From Bacteroidota bacterium (GTDB taxonomy: Bacteria > Bacteroidota > Ignavibacteria > Kryptoniales > JAKASW01), in the NCBI GenBank assembly GCA_021811615.1, contig JAJZNW010000077.1:6145-70144 (forward strand): DNA of 64,000 nt, read 5' to 3'. This document shows positions 28,745 through 37,443 of this stretch, piece by piece; position 1 is the stretch's first letter; each line of letters begins with the position of its first letter. The position numbers were made by a program, and so were the translations under genes. Under the pieces are notes generated by a model, which was given only the letters and a program-made list of their open reading frames with translations, made no database searches and was not told the origin of the DNA.

Positions 28745-29635
28745 TCAGCGATCTTTCGCCACCTCCACCTTTATCATGCTCGTGTCACAAACTGTTCCTG
28801 AGGTTATCAAAGTGTAAACGCTCGTCCGTTCCGGATGCACGACCAGCGAATCCGATTCGTTCACTTTCCGGCCGTCAAGGGTCACGCCTGATCCTTTCGT
28901 CGTTTGCCAGTATAACGTAACCGGTCCTGCCGCGGTAAGCCGGTTCCTGCTCGCGCTGAAATTTCTTATGACCCCGGACGGACTACTTTCGATCGCATCG
29001 TAGACAATCCGGGCCATAATTGAATCACCTGTCGAATCGGGATGGACTCCATCGAAGAAATCCGCGCTGTCCTTCGTCATGTCGTCGTAATAATCGATCA
29101 GCGACGTATTCGATGAAATCTGCACCGCCCTGATGATCGGAATCACCTGCAGATGAACGATGGAATCGGTGATGCCGAATTTCGAATGGAACACCGGCGG
29201 CGGGAGGCAGACGAAGATTTGCACTTTCGGATTGACTTCTCTAAACGCCTTCATCATGTCCATGTAGTCGTCGAAAAAGTCAGCTTTGTATTTCCAGTTC
29301 CACGGCTTGCTGTCGTTAGTACCGAGGCAGATCGTGACTATTTCAGGTTTAAAGGCGAGAGCTTCTCTGTAAAATCTCTCTTTCCAGTACGGGTAGTCGC
29401 CCTTCTTCAGCATAGTCCTGCCGCTGACGCCGAAGTTCCTGACGTCATAACCATTCCCGAGCAGTCTCCCAAGCTGCTGCGGGTAGGCGCTGTTCCGATC
29501 GGGGAGGCCGTACCCGATCGTTATACTGTTCCCGACACAAGCGACACGAACCGGCGGCATCTGTGCCGCGGCCGTGACAAAGCTCAGCAAAGAAAGGGCG
29601 ATAACCATCCTGGCAACATTTAACATCTTCACCAT
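28745..29635 (-). CDS. SGNH/GDSL-family esterase, secreted (carbohydrate acetylesterase-like)
   Basis: Blocks VACVGNSIT, NFGVSG, LGTND and DGVHP. Start moved to MVKMLN (29635) because the ORF-track extension overlaps the upstream gene. Confidence 0.85.
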   Translation of the reverse strand: MVKMLNVARMVIALSLLSFVTAAAQMPPVRVACVGNSITIGYGLPDRNSAYPQQLGRLLGNGYDVRNFGVSGRTMLKKGDYPYWKERFYREALAFKPEIVTICLGTNDSKPWNWKYKADFFDDYMDMMKAFREVNPKVQIFVCLPPPVFHSKFGITDSIVHLQVIPIIRAVQISSNTSLIDYYDDMTKDSADFFDGVHPDSTGDSIMARIVYDAIESSPSGVIRNFSASRNRLTAAGPVTLYWQTTKGSGVTLDGRKVNESDSLVVHPERTSVYTLITSGTVCDTSMIKVEVAKDR

Positions 29636-29685
29636 TTTCACCTTAATCTGTTTCCTGATCAATGCAAAACTATTTGCCTGCCGGT

Positions 29686-31011
29686 TCACTGAACGACGAC
29701 GATCCTCTCGAGTTCTTCGAGGGTTTTCCCCTTCGTCTCCGGCATAACCTTCCAGACAAAGAAGAAGAACGGTATCATCATCACGGCGAAAAACATGAAC
29801 ACATTTCCGCCGCCGACGCCGGCGAGTGCGATGGGAAAAAGGAGACCTATCACGGCATTCATTATCCAGTGCGTGAATGAACCGAGTGCCTGTCCTTTCG
29901 ACCTCACTTTGTTTGGGAATATCTCGGCAAGGAAAACCCATATGACGGCTCCCTGCGAGAATGCGAAGAACGCTATGAACCCGACTATAAAAGCGACGAT
30001 GCCGGTGCTGCCGAAGAGGGTCTCGTCATAATAGTGAAGCGCCGCACCTGCAAGCGAGAGGAACATTCCGACTGCCCCTATCAGTAATAATGTCTTTCGC
30101 CCGAACTTATCGATGAAAAACATAGCCGCTATCGTGAAGAGCATATTCGTAACGCCGACTGCGACCGCTTCCAGCATGGCGGCGTTGGTGCTCGCGCCTG
30201 CCTTCTCGAAGATCATCGGCGCGTAGTACATTATTACGTTAATCCCTGAGAGCTGGTTGAAGGCAGCAAGAAGCATCGCACACATTATCACGAAGCTGTA
30301 TTTCTTCTGAAGCAGCTTCGTGGTATGCTGTCCGGCTTCCTCCTGGAGCGAGCTTACGATCTCCGACATCTCACTGCCGACATTCCCGACTCCGATGCTC
30401 TCCAGTACATCCCTCGCTTCGTCTACGCGCGATTTCTTAACGAGCCAGCGCGGGCTCTCCGGCACGAAGAAGAGGAGTAGAAAGAAGAGTGCGGAAGGGA
30501 TCGCCATTACGCCGAACATCCACCTCCAGCTGTCCGGCCCAATACCGAGGAGAAGATAATTGGAGAAGAATGCCACAAGTATGCCCAGAACAATATTGAA
30601 CTGCGCCACCGCCACGAGCCTTCCTCGAAGACGTCCCGGCGCCAGTTCGGCGATGTACATCGGTGCCATCACAGAAGCCGCTCCAATAGCCAGACCTCCT
30701 GCGAACCGGGAAATGAGAAGGGTATGCCACCCCGAAGAGAAAGCACATCCGAGAGAAGAGAAGAAGTACAATACCCCGCATATCGAAAGGAGTCTTTTGC
30801 GGCCGAGTATGTCGCCCGGCTTCCCGACCGCTATTGCACCGATGACCGTTCCCCAGAGAGCAATGGAGACCGTTATTCCTAGCGTCGCATCGGTGAGATG
30901 AAAATAACCGGTAATGAATTTTGTCGTTCCAGATATGACCGCCGTGTCGAAGCCAAATAGGAAACTGCCCAACGCCGACACGACCGTCGCAAAAAGAAGC
31001 TTACGGCTCAT
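29686..31011 (-). CDS. Sugar porter family MFS transporter (XylE/AraE-like)
   Basis: FGFDTAVISG, PMYIAELAP, PESPRWL, QLSGINVIMYY, AEIFPN and PETKGKTLE motifs. Confidence 0.93.
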   Translation of the reverse strand: MSRKLLFATVVSALGSFLFGFDTAVISGTTKFITGYFHLTDATLGITVSIALWGTVIGAIAVGKPGDILGRKRLLSICGVLYFFSSLGCAFSSGWHTLLISRFAGGLAIGAASVMAPMYIAELAPGRLRGRLVAVAQFNIVLGILVAFFSNYLLLGIGPDSWRWMFGVMAIPSALFFLLLFFVPESPRWLVKKSRVDEARDVLESIGVGNVGSEMSEIVSSLQEEAGQHTTKLLQKKYSFVIMCAMLLAAFNQLSGINVIMYYAPMIFEKAGASTNAAMLEAVAVGVTNMLFTIAAMFFIDKFGRKTLLLIGAVGMFLSLAGAALHYYDETLFGSTGIVAFIVGFIAFFAFSQGAVIWVFLAEIFPNKVRSKGQALGSFTHWIMNAVIGLLFPIALAGVGGGNVFMFFAVMMIPFFFFVWKVMPETKGKTLEELERIVVVQ

Positions 31012-31202
31012 GAGGTTCTCCGCTCGATAACGAGATGAAATTTACCACATTTGAACGTTAATTCAACGCTTAAAACAGGCCGGTGTTGGATAAAAGCGTC
31101 GGTCGTTTTCCTGAACTTAAACGCTTATGAGGAAATGAATGGCGCCGCCGGCTCGCGTGGGTGAGCTATCTGCCGAGAGCGCAATAGAGGAAGGCGGCTG
31201 CT

Positions 31203-33116
31203 TCAGAGTTCGTGGTCCGCTCCGAGCGATTTGGATTTTTCTCCATCCTCAGCGGCAAAGAACTCCTTTATATTAGCCGCGGCTTTCGTGCCGACGACTG
31301 CCGCAAGTTGTTCTGCCGATGCTTCCTTTATTCCCTTCACCGAGCCAAACTCGCGCAGGAGCCTGGTAGCTTTCGCCTGACCGACGCCTTCAATATCTGT
31401 CAGTTGTGTGGAGATTACCCGTCTTTCCCTCAGCGACCGGTGGAACGTAATTGCAAATCTGTGCGCCTCGTCGCGGATGTGTTGGAGAAGTTTAAGTGCG
31501 GACGACGTCCGCGGAAGGAGTATCGACTCGCTTTCGCCGGGAACAAATACTTCTTCGAGCCTCTTGGCAAGTCCTACGATCGGCTGGTTTGGGAGATCGA
31601 TGGAGTGCAATGTCTCGACCGCCGCGGATAGCTGGCCTTTGCCGCCGTCGACGACGACGAGATCCGGGAGCTGTCCTCCCTCGCGCATGACTCTCGTGTA
31701 TCTGCGCTCTATGACTTCCGCCATGCTGGCGAAGTCGTCCGCGCCAACGACCGTCTTTATCTTGAACTTCCTGTAATCGCTCTTTCTCGGCTTGCCGTCG
31801 ACGAAGACGACCATCGACGCGACCGGATCGCTTCCCTGTATGTTCGAGTTGTCGAAGCACTCGATGCGTCTCGGCGGTGCTGGTAAATGCAGGTCGCGCT
31901 GAAGCGCCTGGAGGGTATGCGGGACCGTCTCCTTTCCCTTTTCCTTCTGGATCTTCAGCTCGTCCAACATGAACTTCGCGTTCGCCCGGCACATCCTGAT
32001 CAGCTTCAGGTCCTCGCCCTCATCAGGGACGGTTATCTTGACATCGCCACTTCGCTTCGTTGTGAGGAGCTGTTCCACCATCTCGATATCGGTCGGCTCG
32101 GCAGAAAGGAACAGTTCCGGGGGGACGTAATCTGACGTTATGTAATATCTCTCGATAAGAGTCTCTATCATTTCGGACTCCGATCGCTCCGATACATTGG
32201 AGAGATAGAAATGCTGCTTGCCGATGAGCTTCCCGTCACGAACCTTGAAGATTACCCCGCAGCCGTCGTCGTCTTCGCTCACGGCGGCTATTATATCCCG
32301 CTCGATGAGCTCGAACGATACCATCTTCTGCTTCTCCGTGTAAACCTTGATCGCCGAGATTTTCTTCTTGGTCTCGCCCGCTTTTTCGAACTCGAGCCTG
32401 TCGGAATACTCCTGCATTTTCTCAGTAAGCTGGCCGATAAGATCCCGCGTCTTCCCCTTCAACAGTCGCTCGACCTGGGAGATCATCTCGTTGTATTCTT
32501 CGAGCGAAACCAATCCTTCACATGGTCCGCCGCATTTTCCGATGTGGTAGTCGAGACAGACTTTCCACTTCTTTCTGGCGATTCCCTCTTCGGTCAGCGG
32601 GAGTTTGCAGCTCCTTATCTGGAAAATGTCGCGGACGGATTTCAGTGCGAACCTCATCGTTTTTACGTCGGTATATGGCCCGTAATACCGGGAACCGTCC
32701 TGTCTTACTTTCCGGGTGACGTAGACCCTCGGAAACGGCTCGTTGGTCACGACTATATAAGGATAGCTCTTGTCATCGCGGAGATCGATGTTGTAGCGCG
32801 GTTTGAGCTTCTTTATGAGCGTGTTCTCGAGTATGAGCGCTTCCATCTCCGAGTCCGTGACGATCACTTCCAGGTCCGCGATTTTGGATACGAGTACTTT
32901 CGTCTTCGGGTCGTGGTTATGACCTTTCTGGAAATAGGAGCGGACGCGGTTCCTGAGTATCTTCGCCTTGCCCACGTAGATGATCTTACCGTCGGCGTTC
33001 CTGAACTGGTAGACGCCCGGCAGACGCGGGAGGTTGTCGAGCTTCTCTTTAAGCCCGAAGCCGACTTCCTGGATCTCTATGTCTTCGTAAAGGCCTGGCA
33101 TCAAAGCAAAGCGCAT
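31203..33116 (-). CDS. uvrC: Excinuclease ABC subunit C
   Basis: GIY-YIG domain PGVYQF...IIYVGKAK, UVR coiled coil, RIECFDNS, VVDGGKGQL, RDEAHRFA and HhH motifs. The start may be 33101. Confidence 0.97.
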   Translation of the reverse strand: MRFALMPGLYEDIEIQEVGFGLKEKLDNLPRLPGVYQFRNADGKIIYVGKAKILRNRVRSYFQKGHNHDPKTKVLVSKIADLEVIVTDSEMEALILENTLIKKLKPRYNIDLRDDKSYPYIVVTNEPFPRVYVTRKVRQDGSRYYGPYTDVKTMRFALKSVRDIFQIRSCKLPLTEEGIARKKWKVCLDYHIGKCGGPCEGLVSLEEYNEMISQVERLLKGKTRDLIGQLTEKMQEYSDRLEFEKAGETKKKISAIKVYTEKQKMVSFELIERDIIAAVSEDDDGCGVIFKVRDGKLIGKQHFYLSNVSERSESEMIETLIERYYITSDYVPPELFLSAEPTDIEMVEQLLTTKRSGDVKITVPDEGEDLKLIRMCRANAKFMLDELKIQKEKGKETVPHTLQALQRDLHLPAPPRRIECFDNSNIQGSDPVASMVVFVDGKPRKSDYRKFKIKTVVGADDFASMAEVIERRYTRVMREGGQLPDLVVVDGGKGQLSAAVETLHSIDLPNQPIVGLAKRLEEVFVPGESESILLPRTSSALKLLQHIRDEAHRFAITFHRSLRERRVISTQLTDIEGVGQAKATRLLREFGSVKGIKEASAEQLAAVVGTKAAANIKEFFAAEDGEKSKSLGADHEL

Positions 33117-33184
33117 GGGGCAGAGAGCATGGAGCGGATCAGGAGAGGCATCCCCCCGCGTTTCGCGCTCTGCGCTGTGCTGCT
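33106..33184. repeat. Inverted pair of heptamer arrays between mce and uvrC
   Basis: gcaaagc gcatggg gcagaga gcatgga gcg ... cgcgttt cgcgctc tgcgctg tgc. Confidence 0.55.
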
Positions 33185-33189
33185 CCTTC

Positions 33190-33597
33190 TCATTTCATTT
33201 TTTCGCTCAACTCAACCAGCACGCCGCCGGTAGTCCTCGGATGTAAGAAGGCGATCAGGTGTCCGTCCGCTCCGAGCCTCGGCGTCTCGTCGATGAGCTG
33301 GAAACCGGCTTCCTTCAGGCGCGCAAGCTCCGCCTTGATGTCCGAGACTTCAAAGCAGATATGATGTATCCCCTCGCCGCGCTTCTCTATGAACTTAGCT
33401 ATCGTCGATGTGGAATCGGTAGGCCCGGCGAGTTCGAGACGCGACTCACCTATCGGAATCATACCGACTTTCACTTTCTGGTCGGGCACCTCTTCGACGG
33501 CCTGCACCTTGCTGCCGACGAGAGTCTCGAACGCTTTCTTTGCCGTCTCAAGGTCTTCAACGGCGATTGCTATGTGGCTTATCTTCAGGAAACTCAT
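33190..33597 (-). CDS. mce: Methylmalonyl-CoA epimerase (VOC family)
   Basis: HIAIAV, EEVPDQKV, IAKFIEKRGEGIHHICFEV and FLHPRTTGGVLVEL motifs. Start at MSFLK (33597) with GGAGG upstream. Confidence 0.93.
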   Translation of the reverse strand: MSFLKISHIAIAVEDLETAKKAFETLVGSKVQAVEEVPDQKVKVGMIPIGESRLELAGPTDSTSTIAKFIEKRGEGIHHICFEVSDIKAELARLKEAGFQLIDETPRLGADGHLIAFLHPRTTGGVLVELSEKMK

Positions 33598-33658
33598 CTC
33601 AAGTCCTCCGGAAAAATTTAGCCGATTCGCGGGCCAAAGTCTATGAAAGTACAGATAC

Positions 33659-33690
33659 AAAAAGGGTCGTCCTTTTTCCTGGACGACCCT
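33659..33690 (-). terminator. Intrinsic terminator after ssb
   Basis: Stem agggtcgtcc/ggacgaccct followed by TTTTT on the minus strand. Confidence 0.7.
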
Positions 33691-33715
33691 GGATCAGGAA
33701 ATATTTCTTCAAGAA

Positions 33716-34150
33716 TCAGAACGGAAGGTCATCTTTTTCTTCCGAGACCGACGGAGGCGCGCCCGGTGCGGATTCCTCCTTCCCGAACGATCCGCCCGAC
33801 GATTCTCCGCGCTCCTGGCGTGAACCGAGCATGACCAGGTCGTTGGCTACTATCTCGGTAATGTATCGTTTGTTGCCGTCCTTACCCTCATAGTCCCTGT
33901 ATTGGATTCGTCCTTCGACGTATATCTTGTTCCCTTTCTTCAGGTATTCCGCCGCGATCTCCGCGAGTTTCCCCCACATCACAATGTTGTGCCATGAGGT
34001 CTTTTCCTGCGGATTTCCTTCCTGATCTTTCCACTGCTCGCTCGTCGCAAGACTGAAGTTGACGACTGCGGCCCCGCTCGGAGCATAACGCAATTCCGGA
34101 TCCTTGCCGAGATTGCCGATCAGAACAACTTTGTTTACACTACGAGCCAT
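33716..34150 (-). CDS. ssb: Single-stranded DNA-binding protein
   Basis: MARSVNKVVLIGNLGKDPELRY...KDDLPF. Start at 34150 with AGGAG upstream. Confidence 0.97.
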   Translation of the reverse strand: MARSVNKVVLIGNLGKDPELRYAPSGAAVVNFSLATSEQWKDQEGNPQEKTSWHNIVMWGKLAEIAAEYLKKGNKIYVEGRIQYRDYEGKDGNKRYITEIVANDLVMLGSRQERGESSGGSFGKEESAPGAPPSVSEEKDDLPF

Positions 34151-34269
34151 GACTACTCCTTCCTGTTTTGAATTTAGGCGATTAAAAATAACAGCGGACG
34201 ATTTCTTAACCAAACGGAAGAGCGTCGACAACGGCGCGCGCTCTCCCGTCCTCCGCTATTCAGATCGAA

Positions 34270-34497
34270 TCAGAGATTGACTCCCAACTCGGGCGCGACT
34301 TTCTTGAGCGCGTCCAGGACCGGCGTAAGTCCTTCCTTGAAGATGATGATTCTTTGGCGATCGAACTTTCCATCCTGATTCTTCCGGCTCTCGGTCAGGA
34401 CCAGGTACTTGGACCCGGTCTTCGCCTCCTTCACATCAAGGAAATAGTTTCGCTGACCCGCCTGAATTCTGATTGCTTCTGATTTCTCGTCAGACAT
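34270..34497 (-). CDS. PUR-family (DUF3276-like) ssDNA/RNA-binding protein
   Basis: AGQRNYFLDVKEAKTGSKYLVLTESRK...RQRIIIFKE matches the single bacterial PUR repeat pattern. GGAGG upstream. Confidence 0.8.
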   Translation of the reverse strand: MSDEKSEAIRIQAGQRNYFLDVKEAKTGSKYLVLTESRKNQDGKFDRQRIIIFKEGLTPVLDALKKVAPELGVNL

Positions 34498-34850
34498 TGT
34501 TCCCTCCAGTTTTTCTTTCCGTTTTTGAATTAGGCCCCAAATCGCGGATTTTCACGATTTTTCTATCCTACACCGGTTTCCGAAGCACGATTTCAGAGAC
34601 CCGTTAACAGCAGAAACTAAGTTACAGGGTTATCAAAGTCAACTCGATTGCAGAGGAAAATATCTCCGGCAAATCGCGGGGCCGGTCCATCATGTCAAGA
34701 CTAAATTAGTGACTTTGAAAATACGAACACACGATGTGCCGGTGTATGCAAATTCTTTTCAACAAGAAGTCTTCCGACCGGCCACGGCGCCTCCAGATGA
34801 AATCGTTTGCCACCCTGATCTGGCCTGTACCATGACACAGGCCGATCATG

Positions 34851-34881
34851 AAAAAGCCCGCCGGCAATCGCTGCGGCGGGC
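34851..34881 (-). terminator. Intrinsic terminator after the SLBB protein gene
   Basis: Stem gcccgccg/cggcgggc followed by TTTTT on the minus strand. Confidence 0.7.
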
Positions 34882-34906
34882 CCTTTGTCATACTTGCGGT
34901 TGTTCT

Positions 34907-36643
34907 CTATTTACCCTGCAATGTCCGTATAAGCAGGATTGCGGTAACGGCTACCGACGCGACGGAACCGACTGTGCCGATTATGTCCTTGAAGAGATTC
35001 CACGAATACAATTCCGGCTTTATCGAAATACGTGGGACGAAGACTAAATCGCCGGGTTCAATCTGAGTCTCACCGGGCTTGTACCATTGGTAGGTCCCCT
35101 GTTTGAGGATCCTGACTACGCTCTCGGCTCCTTCTTTGGCTCCCCCGGCGGCAGCGATGTAGTCTTCCGAGTTCCAGCCGCTGTGATAGCTGATGTATCC
35201 CGGATAGCGAACCTGGCCGAACACGTAAACGGCACGCTGACTCTGCGGAACATATATGCTGTCTCCGGCGCGGAGCGTGACGTTGTATTTTTCTTCCTTG
35301 TCGACAAACAACTTCAGAAAATCCGTGGAGACGACTTCTCTGCCGGCCCGCATGGAGAGTTCCTGTGAGGCGTATGCGAGATCTTCCTGGCTAACGTCGG
35401 CAGCGCGATTAGTGAAGAATGACGGGTTCGTCGGCTGCGGAGGAGTAAAGGCGTTTGGTTCCCTCGTTCTGTAAATCACCGCGGCCGGAAGCGAAGCCCA
35501 TTTCGTAAATCCTCCCGCAAGCTTGATGATCTGAGTCAGCGTCGTAGTGTCCGGAGAAATCGGATAGATCCCTGGGACGTTCACCTCTCCGTCCACATAC
35601 ACGTAGTAATTATCCATCTTATTCCTATCGATGGGAACTACGACCCTCGTGTTCGCGGGGATCGGCATATCTATCGAAGAAGAATCATCGAGGTTCACTA
35701 TTCTCTCGGCGTATCCGCCGTGCCCGTTCGGCTCGAAGACCTCGACGTGTGAAGAGTCGGCAATTCGCGTGAGTCCCTGCGATATCTCAAGCAAGTCTTT
35801 TATCCTGTCGCCGTGTACATATTCGTAAGTCCCGGCCATCTTGACGCCTCCGGAGATGCTCAGACTTCCGAGCGCAAAGTCTTCCCTCGGGACCACCACG
35901 GCATCTCCTTGCTGAAGGTACGGATCATCGGAGACGTCGCCCGACTGATAGAACTTCAGCAGGTCGACGTTCTGGACCTTGCCGTCGGGGTGAACGAGTT
36001 TTATTCTTCTCAATGAAAATGGGGGAAGTGGGGATGCGTCGCCGGCAAACTTCGGGAGGTTAGCCAGGGTGAAGACCCGGTCGACCCGGTCGAATGCATT
36101 CACCATATAGCGGGCGGGGGTTTTGACCTCGCCAGCCACGATCACGTAAAATGTCCTCGGGTAAACGAGTGTCAGAGTGATCTTTGCGTTCTTATACTGC
36201 TCGCCGAGGAGTCTGACCGCGCGGTCTTTTGCCGCCGCTATCGTCATGCCGCCGACTCTGAGAACGCCGTAAGCCGGAATAACGAGAGTTCCTTCCGGGG
36301 TTACGCTGAGTGTGTAGGACATCGGTGTGGCTCCCCAGACTCCTATATTTACAAGATCGCCCGGACCGAGGACGTACTTGTTGGTGTCTACCGGAGCATC
36401 ATATGCCGGCGGCTGAATGGTAACGCCCTGACTCTGCAGGTTACGGTACAATTCGGCGCTAGATGTAAACATGCTGGTACTCGGGATCCCCATTCCCTGA
36501 GTCTGTCCGGTGGTGCCGCCGTACGGCGATTGGAGGACATTCATGGCGTTTTGCTGCTGTTGCTGCTGACCGTTCTGAGCCTGAGCAAATGCGATGGAAG
36601 AGCAGACGGCACAAATAGCCACTGCAAGGATGATTCTTTTCAT
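34907..36643 (-). CDS. Polysaccharide export protein with SLBB domains (Wza/KpsD-like)
   Basis: YVLGPGD, VTPEGTLVIP and repeated VxGEVxxPG / GDxxxVP modules. Start at MKRIILAV (36643) with a signal peptide. Confidence 0.88.
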   Translation of the reverse strand: MKRIILAVAICAVCSSIAFAQAQNGQQQQQQNAMNVLQSPYGGTTGQTQGMGIPSTSMFTSSAELYRNLQSQGVTIQPPAYDAPVDTNKYVLGPGDLVNIGVWGATPMSYTLSVTPEGTLVIPAYGVLRVGGMTIAAAKDRAVRLLGEQYKNAKITLTLVYPRTFYVIVAGEVKTPARYMVNAFDRVDRVFTLANLPKFAGDASPLPPFSLRRIKLVHPDGKVQNVDLLKFYQSGDVSDDPYLQQGDAVVVPREDFALGSLSISGGVKMAGTYEYVHGDRIKDLLEISQGLTRIADSSHVEVFEPNGHGGYAERIVNLDDSSSIDMPIPANTRVVVPIDRNKMDNYYVYVDGEVNVPGIYPISPDTTTLTQIIKLAGGFTKWASLPAAVIYRTREPNAFTPPQPTNPSFFTNRAADVSQEDLAYASQELSMRAGREVVSTDFLKLFVDKEEKYNVTLRAGDSIYVPQSQRAVYVFGQVRYPGYISYHSGWNSEDYIAAAGGAKEGAESVVRILKQGTYQWYKPGETQIEPGDLVFVPRISIKPELYSWNLFKDIIGTVGSVASVAVTAILLIRTLQGK

Positions 36644-36982
36644 GTTTTGTCTTACACTCAGTTCTATAGGTGATAGAAACATTCGTCGAGGATTAATTAT
36701 AGTAAGAAACAAAAAGGGTTTACTCAAGGTATTTCTGCTCCGGCCAGCCTTATTCCGGCAGACATCAAAACACGGAAGGGACCTTTTAGTATTTCTCCAA
36801 TCATTAATATTGACTCTCCGCACAATCGGGAAAACGCGAAGTACTTTGCCTGCCTCTCAATCCATGTGACCCTGGACCGGATCCGTTCATTTGATGCCTT
36901 GAGTGTCCCGGCGATCAAATAATTCCTCTTTGCCAAATGCATTCTGCGGGGGTTATATTCTCAAATCAACCGGAGACTAAAA

Positions 36983-37327
36983 ATGTTCGAGCATCGAAAC
37001 GATCCGCTCCTGCCGCGCACGAAATACGTCAGGAGAGTCGCCAGACATGGGCTGTTCTCATTTGCGCTGATATCGGTATCGCTTGCAATAGGGATAATCG
37101 GATATCATTTCCTCGAGGGACTCGGATGGATTGACGCCACCGTAAACGCTGCGATGATACTCGGCGGAATGGGACCGGTGAACCGGTTGCACACAACAGC
37201 GGGAAAGCTGTTCGCGGCGGCCTACGCTCTGTTTTCAGGGATCATATTCCTCGCGGCAGTCGCAGTCCTCTTCGCACCGGTGTTCCACAGGTTCCTTCAC
37301 AAGTTTCATCTTGATTCAAAGAAATAG
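36983..37327 (+). CDS. Small 2-TM membrane protein with ion-channel-like pore segment
   Basis: TM-GYHFLEGLGWIDATVNAAMILGGMGP-TM layout resembles a 2TM/1P channel with a divergent filter. Confidence 0.65.
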   Translation: MFEHRNDPLLPRTKYVRRVARHGLFSFALISVSLAIGIIGYHFLEGLGWIDATVNAAMILGGMGPVNRLHTTAGKLFAAAYALFSGIIFLAAVAVLFAPVFHRFLHKFHLDSKK

Positions 37328-37443
37328 CGGGATACTTTTTCCGGGAGTTCCCTCTTCCCTATCGATGAAACGGTGGTCACTATTATTTATATTCCAACAG
37401 CAGAATTTTCAGATAATAAGAGTTCCGAAGGAGGAAAACAGAA

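Noticed and set aside
29636-29941. N-terminal extension of the SGNH esterase in the ORF track
   Set aside because: It overlaps the sugar porter in another frame, and a signal peptide starts near 29635.
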